DNA from: the human T2T-CHM13v2.0 reference genome, Homo sapiens
Assembly (NCBI RefSeq): GCF_009914755.1
Contig: NC_060943.1
Length of the DNA: 64,000 bases
Direction: 5' to 3' (one strand)
The notes below the pieces were generated by a model. It was not told the DNA's origin, made no database searches, and was given only the letters and a program-made list of their open reading frames with translations. Both the position numbers and the translations under genes were made by a program. Below, one piece after another: positions 1 through 18,680 of the stretch (positions within the stretch are counted from its first letter, which is position 1; each line of letters opens with the position of its first letter).

Positions 1-3529
<3,529 letters not shown>

Positions 3530-3530
<1 letters not shown>

Positions 3531-3659
3531 TGCTCTGCCTATGGAGCAGCTTTTTTTGTTTGTTTGTTTCTTTACTTCTCTAATAAACTTGCTTTCATTT
3601 TACTGCATGGGATCACCCTGACTTCTTGGGGTCTGGATTAAAAGCCCTTTTCAGTAACA
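3530..3659 (+). mobile_element. 3' ~130 bp of a MER41-type LTR (ERV1/MER4 group)
   Basis: gctctgcctatggagcagc...aataaacttgctttcattttact...cttggggtctggat...cccttttcagtaaca matches the MER41 R/U5 end, with poly(A) signal and terminal ...aca. Confidence 0.75.
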
Positions 3660-3914
3660 GCTTTCTGGCAAATTATAAAGGGACTATACTGAGGAGAAAA
3701 CTGAACCAAAGGAAATAAACTGCAGCACCAATTAGCCAACTTTGGGTAACTAGTGGGGTATATTCTACCAGGGTAAAAAATGGGATTGGGTTAGAGGCCC
3801 AATATAGAAGCAGTACAGTCTCTCCTAAGACATATTGGGTTAAAGACCTCTCTTAATAAAAAGCTTGAGGACCCAGTTATGAAGGTTCAAGTCCTTTCTA
3901 AGATTTAAGGGGTT

Positions 3915-4387
<473 letters not shown>

Positions 4388-4497
4388 TTAGATTAATTTT
4401 CCCTGTGCTCTTTGCTGACAGTTGTGCGTGACACGATTAGGCATGTACAGGATCATAAGACATGGGGAGCTTCTATTCTCCTCAAAAGGGGAAACTT

Positions 4498-5133
4498 TAG
4501 GTATATCTCCTAATGCTATCCCTCCCCCCTCCCCCTACCCCACAACAGGCCCCAATGTGTGATGTTCCCCTTCCTGTGTCCAAGTGTTCTCATTGCTCAA
4601 TTCCCACCTATGAGTGAGAACATGCGGTGCTTGGTTTTTTGTCCTTGTGATAGTTTGCTGAGAATGGTGGTTTCCAGCTTCATCCATGTCCCTACAAAGG
4701 AAACGAACTCATCATTTTTTTTATGGCTGCATAGTATTCCATGGTGTATATGTGCCACATTTTCTTAATCCATTCTATCATTGTTGGACATTTGGGTTGG
4801 TTCCAAGTCTTTACTATTGTGAGTAGTGCTGCAATAAACATATGTGTGCATGTGTCTTTATAGCAGCATGATTTATATTCCTTTGGGTATATACCCAGTA
4901 ATGGGATGGCTGGGTCAAATGGTATTTCTAGTTCTAGATCCCCGAAGAATCACCACAGTCTTCTATAATGGTTGAACTAGTTTACAGTCCCACCAACAGT
5001 GTAAAAGTGTTCCTATTTCTCCACATTCTCTCCAGCACCTGTTGTTTCCTGACTTTTTAATGATCACATGTAACAAACCTGCACGTTGTGCACATGTACC
5101 CTAGAACTTAAAGTATTTTATATATATTAAAAG
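4498..5133 (+). mobile_element. L1PA 3' fragment with 5' inversion (twin priming)
   Basis: 4498-~5065 is antisense L1 3'UTR/ORF2 end; ~5066-5116 is the sense L1 terminus (aaacctgcacgttgtgcacatgtaccctagaacttaaagtat) plus an A/T tail; TSD aaagggg(g)aaactt at ~4485-4497 and ~5134-5147. Confidence 0.9.
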
Positions 5134-5345
5134 AAAGGGGGAAACTTGAGAGCTAATGAAATTGCTGGAAAAGATCCCTTCATGACTGAGAAGTCACCGC
5201 CTGAATTTCTCAGTGCCGCTGCAATGGGTGGGTCTTTCACTGGCGTCCCTGAGCTCCTCCCTTTCCCCAACCTGCCTCAGGCAATGCTTTTCTTTCCTTC
5301 TCTCCTCTTTCTTTCTTATCTTTTCTGTTATTTAGTGCAACTGTC

Positions 5346-5775
<430 letters not shown>

Positions 5776-6034
5776 TGACATAAGTAATCTTTGGGAACTA
5801 AAAGCAGTTTTACATGCAAGGTGTGTAAGAAAAGTAGAATGTGCTTTTGGTAAATGATCATAAGATGGCATAAAAATGTTAATTTTTTTGGCCTAGTTTA
5901 GAGGGCTAAAGAGTTGTTTTAAGTTAGGATTGAGCTGAAGGTTTGAGCAAGTTTTGGAAGGTTTGTAAAAATTAAGCTTGTAAAAAAAATTCTGTGTGTG
6001 AACATATTGGCTAAAGTTAAAGAGATATTATTCA

Positions 6035-6364
<330 letters not shown>

Positions 6365-6534
6365 TAAATTAAACATTGGAATATAAGTACAACGGGTTTT
6401 TTTTTTTTAAAGCACAGATCTGTTCCTTAACAAAAATTGCAGAGTTATTAAACGTTTATGAAAATCTTGCCTTATGGTCAAACTGATTAAGATTGGATAG
6501 ACTTGTATATAAGATTTTATTAAAAACTTGTTTT

Positions 6535-6847
<313 letters not shown>

Positions 6848-7052
6848 TCAATAGTACACTAATTCATACGTGAAATGTAGGCTTCTCTTTTAAACAAGAT
6901 TTTTATATTATATTTTGAAAAATGAAAAATTTTTGTCTGCCTTTTGAATAAACTACAAGAAAAAAAAGACAGGAGACAAATAGTTTGGAAAGCTAAGTCT
7001 TTATCAAAAAGGAAAGGTTTTTGCCTTTTTAATAATCTTTAAGAAGGCAAGT

Positions 7053-7276
7053 TATTTTTATTATTATTTTTGAGATAAAGTCTCACTCTGTTGCCCAGGC
7101 TGGATTGCAGTGGCGTGATTACCTCACTCCAACCTCCACCTCCCGGGTTCAGGTGATTCTCATGCCTCAGCCTCCTGAGTACCCGAGATTATAGGAACAC
7201 ATTACCCTGCCCACCTGTTTTTTGTTTGTTTGTTTGTTTGTTTTTTGGTCATTGTTTGTTTGTTTTTGAGATGGAG
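7053..7276 (-). mobile_element. Alu right arm followed by a second Alu tail stub
   Basis: Right arm only (7053-~7215), then (TTTG)n and gagatggag, then ERV sequence resumes. Confidence 0.8.
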
Positions 7277-7344
7277 ATGGCTTCCAACTATGTCTACACA
7301 GTCCCTGTGCAGGGTTCCTGACCCATGGTAAGTAAGGAATGTCA

Positions 7345-7644
7345 TTTCTTTTTTTTTTTTTTAAGACAGAGTTTCCTTCTATCACCCAGCCTGGGGTACA
7401 ATGGTGTGATTTCAACTCACTGCAACCTCTGCTTCCCAGGTTCAAGTGATCCTCCTGCCTCAGCTGCCTGAGTAACTGAGACTACAGGTGCATGCCACGA
7501 CACCCAGCTAATATTAGTATTTCATGTCAAGATGGGTTTTCACCACGTTGAGCAGGCTGGTCTCAAACTTCTGACCTCAGGTGATCCACTCACCTTGGTC
7601 TCCCACAGTGCTGGGATTACAAGTGTGAGCCACTATGCCTGGCC
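7345..7644 (-). mobile_element. Alu
   Basis: Reverse-complement dimer; TSD aggaatgtc..ttct. Confidence 0.95.
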
Positions 7645-8138
7645 AGGAATGTCTCTTTCTGACAGAATCAGGAGCCTGAAGTTGTCTTGGGACCCCAAGA
7701 AGAGAGAAATTCACCCAACTCACAGGTATTTGACGGTACAAACCCATGGCTGGGCTTGGCTTTTAAAAAGTCTTTTCTGATATTCCTTTAATGGAACATA
7801 GTTATATCAAAGCCAATTTTAAAAACCTATGTGAAAAATAATTATTTTTGCTGCACTTTATACAAATAATCAGGCCAACTATAAGACTAAAGCTTTTTAT
7901 GCAAGTAAATCAGTTTTACTATGATTTGTCTTTAGTAGAAATGGAAGACTGGAGAGAGAAAAAAATTATGTTTCAAGAACTATGGTACACCTGTTGTTAC
8001 ACACTAGTCTCATTTGTTGTTTTTGAGTATTTTCCCTGCTATTTAGACTAATTCTGCTTATTCCTTTGAACACACCAGTGATCTCTGACTGCAGCTCAAA
8101 AGAAACAAGAGAGATGGGTAATATAAAAATCCAGATCA

Positions 8139-8437
8139 GGCACCAGGCACGGTGGCTCATGCCTGTAATCCCAGCACTTTGGGAGGCCGAGGTGGGCAGA
8201 TCACGATGTCAGGGGTTCGAGACCAGCCTGGCCCACATGGTGAAACCCTGTCTCTGCTAAAAATACAAAAATTAGCCGGGCGTGGTGGCACGTGCCTGTA
8301 ATCCCAGCTACTGAGGAAGCTAAGGCAGGAGAATCACTTGAACCTGGGAGCCAGAGTTGCAGTGAACCAAGATTGCACCACTGCACTCCAGCCTGGCCGA
8401 CAGAGCAAGACTCCATCTCAAAAAAAAAAAAAAAAAA
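8139..8437 (+). mobile_element. Alu (AluS-like)
   Basis: Full dimer; TSD aaaaatcc(a/g)gatca. Confidence 0.95.
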
Positions 8438-8524
8438 TCCGGATCACTAATCTAATACTGAACACATATTGGAATCAGGTAGCAAACCCATATCAGCTTC
8501 TTCCCAACATTTGCCCTTATTTAG

Positions 8525-8588
8525 TTTACTTGGGATAATTTTACTTATTTTACTTTACTTGGGATAATTTTACTTATTTTACTTTACT
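8525..8588. repeat. 29-bp perfect tandem duplication
   Basis: tttacttgggataattttacttattttac x2 plus tttact. Confidence 0.9.
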
Positions 8589-8745
8589 GTTGTGGATTAT
8601 ATTGTTGTTGTGCTCTTTGTGTAGAAATGCAAGATAAGCTTTCTCAATGTTTTCTTAAGTAGAACACTTAATTTTGCAGATATCAACATTTGTTAAGAAC
8701 TCAAGACTTATAAATGATCCTTGTAATATTGATGCTTTCTCACCT

Positions 8746-9081
<336 letters not shown>

Positions 9082-9966
9082 GAAGAGTCAAATCACCTAG
9101 GCGCTGGGCCCAGAGATACTCTATAACCCCTCACTGGGCACAGCCAAAGCAGGAGAAAAATTTACATAACCTAGATGCTGGGTACAGCAGTATGTCCCAA
9201 TACCCCTTGAAAGAAGGGTGAGCCAGAGAGTAATATCACCCATGTGAGGGACCAAAAGGTATGTTACAATGCCTTCTGTAGGCAGAGGACAGGGTGGAGG
9301 ATTACATCACCTTCATGTTGGACTCAGCAATATGTCACAATGGCCCATGTGGGCAAAACACAGGCACGAGAGTCACATAACCTAAGTGCGAGGAGCCACA
9401 ATATGTCAAAGTTGTCTCTATGGGCAGAACCAAGACATTGACTAAGCGCTGGTGCAGAAAGATGTCACTACCCAGTCTGTGGGCTGAGCCCAGGCAGGAG
9501 CATAAAATTGCTCAAGTGCTAGGCTGAGGTATATGTCACAGTCACAGCTACATGAAGGTCCAGAGATGAGATTAACCATCCTGATCATGTCTTGGTTCTA
9601 GGTATGAGAGGCACCACCTCCTGTATGTTGGGTATAGGTGTATAACCCACAATCTCAACAGTTTGCTGAATCCATCCATAAGAGCCTCAATCCCTCCTAC
9701 AGACTGTGTCCCTTTAGTGGAGTCAAAGCCTCACAGATATGCTGGATCTTGGTCTTAGTGTCACCAACCCACCTGTGAACCGAATCCATGTATGAACCAG
9801 TTTTCCATCTTCAACTTTCTTTGGATGTGAGATTCAGAACCTCAACAGTCAGCTGTGTTCATGTGGAAGAATGACAATATTTACTGCCAGCTGGGTACAT
9901 ATATGAGTGTCATAATCGCACCTCTATACCATGCTCTGTTAGGACACCCTTTGTATCACCTGAGGG

Positions 9967-9986
9967 ATATGTATATATGATAATGG

Positions 9987-10033
<47 letters not shown>

Positions 10034-10140
10034 AATGTGTATATATATATGATAATGTGTATATATATATGATAATGTGTATATATATATGATAATTTGC
10101 ATATATATATGATAATGTGTATATATATGTATATATACAC
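9967..10140. repeat. (TG)n(TA)n microsatellite and 20-bp minisatellite (tatatatatatgataatgtg)n
   Basis: Direct reading. Confidence 0.95.
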
Positions 10141-12180
10141 ATTAAAGTCACAGTATGCTCTGAGACCTTTGTGCATCTACAGACTCATGATCCTACCTGT
10201 GGCCCCAAACCCAGGACTAAGAGTCAACATCTCTCCATTGAATGCATCCAGGTAGAAAGGATCTAACTTGCCAGAATTAGAAATGAGTCACCATGTCAAC
10301 TGTAGCTGGATGTTCACATATGACGGTCACAATCCAAACTGTGGGCTGTGTCAATGTGTGAAATTCAGGACCTCTCCAATGGGCTCTGTCCATCTGTGAG
10401 GGCGACAGTCTTAACAGTTGGTGGTATGTGCATATAAGAAACACAGTCTCACCTGTTTAGTGTGCCCTGTAATGACACTTTCTGTACCACTCAAGGGCTT
10501 TATATAATATGTAAAAAATAGTAGTCTTTTATGACCTTAATACATAGAGAAGACCCATAATCTCTCTCATTTTCCTAAGTCTGGTTATGGGAGACAGTAT
10601 CTCTTCTATTGGCTGGTTTGAGGTATAAGAGCATTTAATAAACCTGTGAGCTGGACAAAATATATGTCACAATTCTACCTGTGGGTAGGAAGTGAGCAGC
10701 AGATTCACATCACATAGGTTTTTGGCAAAGATATGTCACAATCTTTCCTGAGGTCAGAAACCAGGCAGAAGTCATATCACCTAGGTGTTCAGCCACAGAT
10801 ATATTACAATCCCCTCTTAAAGCAGAGTACAGGCAGCAGAGTCATTTCACCTGGGTGCTGAGCCCAGTGATATGTCAAAATGCTCTCTGTGGGCACAGCC
10901 TTGGCAGGAGAGACACATCATCTGGTGACTGGGTCCAGCAATACATTACAACATTTTCTGTGGGCAGGATGCAGGCAAAAGAAGAGAGTCACATCTCTTA
11001 GGTGATGGAGGAAGAGACATCTTACAAGGCCCCTCATGGGCAGGGCACAGGCAGGAGCCTCCCACCCTGAAGGAATGATGCCCAGCTATATGTAACAATA
11101 CCCAAGATATGCTGGGCCCAGGGAAAACAGAAGAGTAGCATCACTTAAGTGCTGGGTTTAGTGATGTGTCAAAATCCCCCATTTTGTCAGGGCCCAAGCA
11201 GAAGAGAAGAGTCACATCACCTAGGTGATGAATGAACAGATATGTTATAATACCTCTGTAGGCAGGGCCCAAACAGATTTGCATCACAAAAGTGTTTGGT
11301 CCAGGCAGGAGAGGAAAGTCACGTCACCTAGGTGTTAAGCCCAGTGACATATCACAATCTGTTCTTGGGCAGAGACCAAGAAGTAGAGGAAAGTCACTTC
11401 CCCTGGGTTCTAGGGCCAGCAAAATGTCACAATGCCCTCTGTGGAAAGTGCTAAGGCAAAAGTGTAGTCTCACACCACCTAGATGCTGGGTTCAGTGATA
11501 TGCCACAATTTCACCTGTAGGACCTAGGCAGAAGGGTCAAATCACTCAGTTGCTGGGAAGAGCTGTATGATACAATCACACATGCAAGATGGTGTAAGAA
11601 TGAGATTAACGATCCCATACATGATCTGGTTCAAGGTACGAGAGTCAATACCTACTGTATGTTGTGTCTAATTACACGAGTCACCATCTCAAAGGTGAAC
11701 TGGATCTGTGTATTAAATCCTCAATCCCTCCCATGAACTGTGTTCCCTCAGTGGAGTCAGAGGCTCACAGGTGTGCTGAATCTTGGTCTGAGAGTCACCA
11801 ACCCATCTGTGGACAAGATCCATGTATGTGATTCAATTTTTCAACTTTCAACTGCCTTTGGGTGTGAGGTTCAGAACCTCAAAATTGGCTGGGTTCATGT
11901 GGGAAAATGACAATCTTTACTATTGTCAGGGTGCGCACAGGAGTGTCATAATCTCACCTGTGTGCTTGGCCCTTTAGGACACTCTCTGTACTATCCTAGG
12001 GCTTTACATGGTTTGCATGAGAGCCACAATCCAGCTTGAGATTTTCATGCTGGTATAAACCTATGATTGTATCTGTGTCTCTAAGCCCAGTTATGAGAGT
12101 CAACATCTCTCCAATTTTCTGGGTTCAGATAGGAGAGCCCTCACTTTCCTATGAGCTGCATTTAAAAATGTTTTGCTATC

Positions 12181-12492
12181 ACTGGGTGCAGTGGCTCACA
12201 CTTGTAATGCCAGCACTTTGGGAGGCTGAGGTGGGTGAATCACAAAGTCAGGAGATCGAGACCATCCTGGCTAACACGGTGAAACCCTGTCTCTACTAAA
12301 AATACAAAAAATTAGCCAGGCGTGGTGGCGGGTGCCTGTTGTCTCAGCTACTCAAGAGGCTGAGGCAGGAGAAGGGCATATACCTGGGAGGCAGAGCTTG
12401 CAGTGAGCCGAGATAGTGCCACTGCACTCCTGCACTCCTGCACTCCAGCCTGGGTGACAGAGCAAGACTCCATCTCAAAAAAAAAAAAAAAA
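12181..12492 (+). mobile_element. Alu (AluY-like) with internal TGCACTCC triplication
   Basis: gagatcgagaccatcctggctaacacggtg and gagcttgcagtgagccgagat diagnostics; TSD aaaaat(a)gttttgctatc. Confidence 0.9.
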
Positions 12493-15400
12493 ATAGTTTT
12501 GCTATCCCAAATCTGGATGGACGGTCACATATGACAGTCACAATTCCAACTGTGGACTGCATCCATGTGTGGGATTCACAATTGCAGTCTGTCCACCTGT
12601 GAGGGTCACAATTTTAACAGGTGCTTGGTTGTCCATACATGCAAGTCAATCTCATCTGTGTGCTGGGCTCTGTGATGACACACTGTGTACAATCCAAAGG
12701 CTTTATACCATAGGTGAGAGTGTGGTAATCCCCTCTGACCTTCATAAAAATAGGAGACCCTGAATCTTACCAATTTTCCTAAGCCTAGCTATGAGAAGCA
12801 GCATATCAACTGTCGTCTGGTTTAAGATATGAGAGTCATCATCTCACCTGTGAGACGGGACATGTAACCTGTGAGTAGGTAGTGAGTAGGAGAGTCACAT
12901 CACCTGAGTGCTTGGCCAGAGATTTGTACAATATTCCCCGATAGAAGGGACCAGGCAGGAGAGGACTATCACCTGGGTGCTTGGCCAGAGATTTGTACAA
13001 TATTCCCTGATAGAAGGTACCAGGCAGGAGAGGAACATCACCTGGGTGCTGAGCCCAGTGATATGTCACAATGCTCCCTTTGGGCAAGGTTCAGGCAAAA
13101 GAAACACATCATCTGGTCAGTAGGCCCAGCAATATGTTACAGTCTTCTCTATAGGCAGGGTGCAGGTAGAAGAGGACAGTCATATCTCACTGGTAATGGA
13201 TGCAGAGATATGTCACAAGGCCTTCTGTGAGCAGGACGCATGCATGTGCCTCCTATCCCCTATGTGTTGAGTCCAGTGATATGATACAATACCCAAATAT
13301 GCAGGGCCCAGGCAAAATAGGAGTGTCACCTCACCTAGGTTCTGGGTCCAGTGATTCATTACAATCCCCTTTTATTGGCAGGGCCCAGGCAGAAAAGAAG
13401 AGGCACATCACCTAGGGGATGAATGAAAAAATATATCTTAATACCCCTGTAAATAGAACACACGCATAAGAGTCACATCAACTAGGTGGTGGACCCAGCC
13501 ATATGTCACAATACACAATGTAGGCAGGGCCCAAACATAAAAGGAGAGTCACATCTTCTAGGTGCTAGGACTAGTGATACATCACAATCCCTCCTTGGGC
13601 AGAGTCTAAGCAGGCAAGGGGAGTCACATCACCTAAATGCTGAGTCCAGCAATGTGTCACAATAACTCCTGAGGGAAGAGTCCAAGCAGTATTGTTATAT
13701 CACCTGGGTGCTGGGACAGGAATATGTTGCAATCTTCCTTGAAAGCAAAGACTAGGCAGGAGAATCACATCACCTAGTTTCTGGGACCAGCAATATTGTC
13801 ACAGTGCTTCCCAGTGGACTAGGCCCAGGCTGGAGAAACACATGACCTGGTTGCCAGACCCAGTCACAATCTTCCCTGAGGGTAGAGAACAGGCAGGAAA
13901 AAGGCACAACCCCTACAAGATAGATGCTGAGAAATACAATAAGCCCCCTCTAGTCAGGGTCAAGGTAAAAGTCTCTTATCTCCTAGGTGTTGGACCCAGC
14001 AATATGTCCAATACCAAAAATACGCAAGGCCCAGGTAAAAGAGGTGAGTCACATCACTAAGATGCTGGGTCCAGTGATAAGTCACTATTATTCTTTCTGG
14101 CAGGGACCAGGCAGAAAATGTGATTCACATCACCTAGGTGACTAACGACATGATAGGTAATAATGTCCCTGGGGGCAGAGCCCATACAGGAGAATCAAAT
14201 GACTCAGACATTGCACCCAGACACATGTCACAATAGCAATGTATGTACAGCCCAGGCAGGAGAGGAGAGTCACATAACCTAGGTGCTGGGCCCAGTGATA
14301 AATCACAGTTTCTTATTGGGCAGAGCACAAGTGGTAGAGAAGAGTCATATCACCTAGTTGCTTGGTCTGACAATATGTAACAATACCCCCTGAGGAGCAG
14401 GCTCAGGCAGGAGAGTCACATCACCTAGGTGATGAGCTCAGAGATATGTCACAATGCCCTCAGGTGCGTAGGGCTTAGGAAGAAAAGAAAAATTACATAA
14501 ACTAGGTCCAGGGCTCACCCATATGTAATGATCACCCCAGTGGGGGAGCACCCAGGCATGACAAGAGAGTCACATCATGTAGGAGCTGGCTCAAGCAATA
14601 TGTAGCAATCTCCATTGTGGACAGGACTGAAAAAAAGACTGGCCACATCAGCCATCAACCATGTGATGAAATCAGAAATATGTCAAAATTATTCCTGTGA
14701 GCAAAGACCAGGCAGAAGAATTACATCATGTGTGCTGGGCTTAGTAATAAGTCACTCTCTTCTCTGTGGGCATGGTCCAGGCAAAAGAAAAAAGTCACAT
14801 TACCTAGGTGCTGGGCCCAGAGTTATGTCACAACCTCTTCTATGGAGAAAGCCCAGGTAAAAGAGAAGAGTCACATCAAATAGTTGATGGGCTCAGAGAT
14901 ATGTCACAGTGCCCCTTGTTAACAGGGTCCAGGCAGAAGACTTACATCTTCTTCGTGCTGGGTTCAGCAGTATTTCACAATGTTTTTTGAGAGCAGGACC
15001 AAGGAAAGAGAGTAACATAACCTTGGTGTTGGGCCCAGTGATATGTCACAATGTCCCCTGTGGGCAAAACCTAGAAAAAAGAGAGGAATCACATTATCTA
15101 GGTGCTGGACCTGGCAGTCTGTTTCAATACCCTCTGTAAGCAGGAACTAGGCAGGAAAGGAGAGTCACATCACCTATGTAATGGTCACAGCGATACGTCA
15201 GAATGCTCTCTGTAGGCAAGGCCTAGGCAGGAGATTTACATCACCTGGGTGTTACACTCAGGAATATGTCACAATGGCCCATGTAAGGCACAGGCAGGAG
15301 AGTCACATAACCTGGATGTTGGGTGCAGTGATATGTCACAGTGTTCCCTATGGGCAATGCCAAGTCAGGAGAATAGATTCCCATCACCTAGGTCCTGAGT

Positions 15401-16857
15401 TCAGCGATGTGTCACAATCCTATCTGTGACCTGAGCCCAGGCAGGAGAGTCAAATCACTCAAGTGCTGGACAAAGGCATATGTCACAATCACAGCTGCAG
15501 GGTGGTCCATAAATGAGATTATCAATTCTGCACATGTTCAGGAGTTACAATCTCAACTGGGGACTTTATCTCTGCATGAGAGCTTCTATTTGTCCTGCAC
15601 GCTGGGTGTCCTTAGTGGAGTCAAAGTCTCTTAGGTTTCAGGTATCCTGAATCTTGGTCTGAGAGTCACCAACTCATCATCCTATTGCTGGGTCAATGTT
15701 GCAGCAGACCTGTACCCATACGGATTCACTGCCAGTAACAGGTAACAGGTAGGAGAGAACAGTAACATCTCCTAGGTGCTTGATCCAAACATGTCACAAT
15801 AGCCTCTTTGGGGAGGGCTCAGATGAAAGAGTCCCATTATCTAGGTGAAGTGTTTAGAGATATGTCACAATGCTCCCTGTGGGCAGGACTCAGGAAGAAG
15901 AGAAGAGTCACATAACCTAGAAGCTGTGCCCAGCTGTATGTCACAACCAGCCCAGTGGGAAGAGCCAAGGCATCAGATGAGAGTCACATCACATAGGTGC
16001 TGGGTCAAGTGATATGTCACAATCTCCTTTTGTGGACAGGACCCAGGAAGAAAAAAAGTCTCACATCATCTAGGAGGAGAGCCCAAAAATATGTAACGAT
16101 GATTCTCGTGGGCAAGAATCAAGGCAGTAGAGTGAAGTCACCTGTGTGCTGGACCCATGGGTAAATCATTCTTCCTTTTGTAGACATGGCCCAGGCACAA
16201 TTACATCAACTAGGTGCTGTGCCCACAGAAATATTACATTCTCTCCTATGGGCAAAGAGCTGGCATAACAAGATAATCGCTTCAAATAGTTTTGAGCTTT
16301 CAGAGATATGTCACGATGATCTCTGTGGTCAGGGACCACGCAGAAGACTCACATCATGTTGGTGGTGGGCCCAACAATATGTCACAATGTTTTCTGAGAA
16401 GAAGGTCAAGGTAAAAGAGTAATGTCACTTTGGTATTGGGCCCAGCAATATGTCACTATCTCCCATGTGAGCAGAGACCAGGTAAGAGAAGAGAATCATA
16501 TCACCTTAGTTATGAGCACAGACATATGTCACAAAGCCCCAAGTAGGTAGTGCCAAGGCAGGAGAATACTGTCACATTACCTAGGTGCTGGATCCTGTGA
16601 TATGCCGCAATCCAATTTGTCAGCTAAGACCTCACAAAAAAGTCAAGTCACTCAGGTGCTGGGAGATGCAGGAAGATTCGGGGGTAAGATTAATAATTCC
16701 ACACATGGCAGGGTGTCCACAGTTCTGGCCCCAGACCCCAGGTCCCGGCCAGATTCCCCAAAGTCAGAGGCTGGAATCTGGTGGTGGATGTAGGGTGTCA
16801 GCTGAGCCCAACCCCTGCCCAGCGGTGGCCAGCATCTAATAATTAGTAACTCCACAC

Positions 16858-17192
<335 letters not shown>

Positions 17193-17435
17193 TCAACACC
17201 TCCTGAATGTTGAGTCTAAGTACATGAGTCACAATCTCAACAGTAGACTGCATCAAAGCCTCTATTCTTCCTGCAAACTTTGTCTTCTTAGTAAAGTCAC
17301 AGCCTTACAGGTTTGCTGAGTCATGGTGTGAGAGTCAACAACCAGCCTGTAAACCAGATCCATGTGTGCAAGTCAATTTTCCATCTTTTGACCACCTTTG
17401 GGTGTAGGATTCGGAACCTCAACAGTGGGCTCTGT

Positions 17436-17694
17436 GAAGTCACCAGCTGAAGGGCTATTCATGCACGAAAAGTTGTTATTTTATCATCATTGTTTCTATT
17501 GCTTTTACCTTGCTAAGAATACATGTGTAGCTTATAATTGTGCTAGAAAACCATAAGGGTTTTGGTTAAATTACCCGTTGTTGTATGTTATGAAATAGAC
17601 AAAAAATTGGCAAAAATAGATTAAAATTATACAAACTTGGTGTCAACTTTCTCTTGGGCAAGTTTAGGGAAGACAGACCTGGAAATACCCCAGT
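17436..17694 (+). other. Fragment homologous to ZNF91-family intron 1 (59063-59300)
   Basis: Collinear similarity by eye, e.g. ttttaccttgctaagaatacatgtgta vs ttttaccttggtagaatacatatgta, and tcttgggcaagtttagggaagacagacctggaa vs tcttaggtaagcttaggaaaaacaaaactggaa. Confidence 0.7.
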
Positions 17695-17981
17695 AAAAGG
17701 CTAATCAGAATCTCAGAAAAATTGCAACCATTAGTCCTTTATCTACCTATGACCTGGCAGCTCCCGCCCTGCTTCGAGTTCTCCCACTTTCCTGGACAAT
17801 GTACACCTTCCATATATCGATTAATGTCTCCTGACTCCTAAAATGTATAAAATCAAGCTGTGACCCAACCACCTTAGGCCCGCGTTGTCACGACCTCGTG
17901 AGGCGGTGTCACGGGTGTGTCTTTAATCTTGGCAAAATAAACTTTCTAAATTGAGACCTGTCTCAGATACTTTGGGGTTCA
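17695..17981 (+). mobile_element. MER4A-like LTR, 3' portion
   Basis: atctacctatgacctgg...aaaatgtataaaatcaagctgtg...ggcaaaataaactttctaaattgagacctgtctcagata...gggttcac. Confidence 0.8.
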
Positions 17982-18199
17982 CTTTACTAATTTTAGGTAG
18001 AATTTAAAATTCTTAAAATAGAAACAAACATAAGGACTAAACTGAGAAAAACTTTAAAAAGTATACTCAAATTCACTGACACAATCATGGGTATATCTAA
18101 ATAATGAGATTCCGTTTTAAGTAAGAAGAAAATACGTAATTACGAAGGAGGCTTTACCTTTGGGAAAACAAAAAGCCACTTTTGACCAATTATTCCCAC

Positions 18200-18680
18200 A
18201 GATACACACCCGGGTCCCCAACCACCCGCCAGGAGGGCCCATCCTGGTGCCTGGAAGGCGGGGGTTCCTGCGATCTGGGGTTGGGATTTCGGCTCAGGCC
18301 GTGCGCGGTGGCCTTGGGTCGCGCCCGCCCTGCCTGGGCCCCCAGCCCAAGGGACCGAGCGGGTGCGGGCGGGGCGGGCGGGGCTGGGGTGTCGGGGGCT
18401 CGGACTCGGAGCCGTCCCTGCCAGTGGCTTTCGTGGGCGGCCCCGCCTTGGAGCCCAGGACAACGAGCCGCGCGGGACGGAAGAGCTGCGGGTGGGGAGG
18501 GACAAGCGGGCGGAGAAGGGGCGGCCCTGCTGGAGGCCCAGCGAGTCTGAGTGATTGACAAGTGAATGAGCTGGGAATGAAGCTTCCCGGGGCCGGGAGG
18601 GAGAGAGGGGGTTGGAGGGCGGTGAATGCCGGGAACTCTGGGGCTCCAGGCTGCCAGTGGCCCGACCAGGCTCTCGGTGT
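18200..18680. promoter_or_regulatory. Orphan CpG island with GC-box cluster
   Basis: Very GC-rich with many intact CpGs; GGGCGGGGCGGGCGGGG at 18367-18383; no repeat recognised. Confidence 0.75.

Noticed and set aside
9910-10176. Ile/Tyr-repeat ORFs
   Set aside because: Microsatellite artefact.
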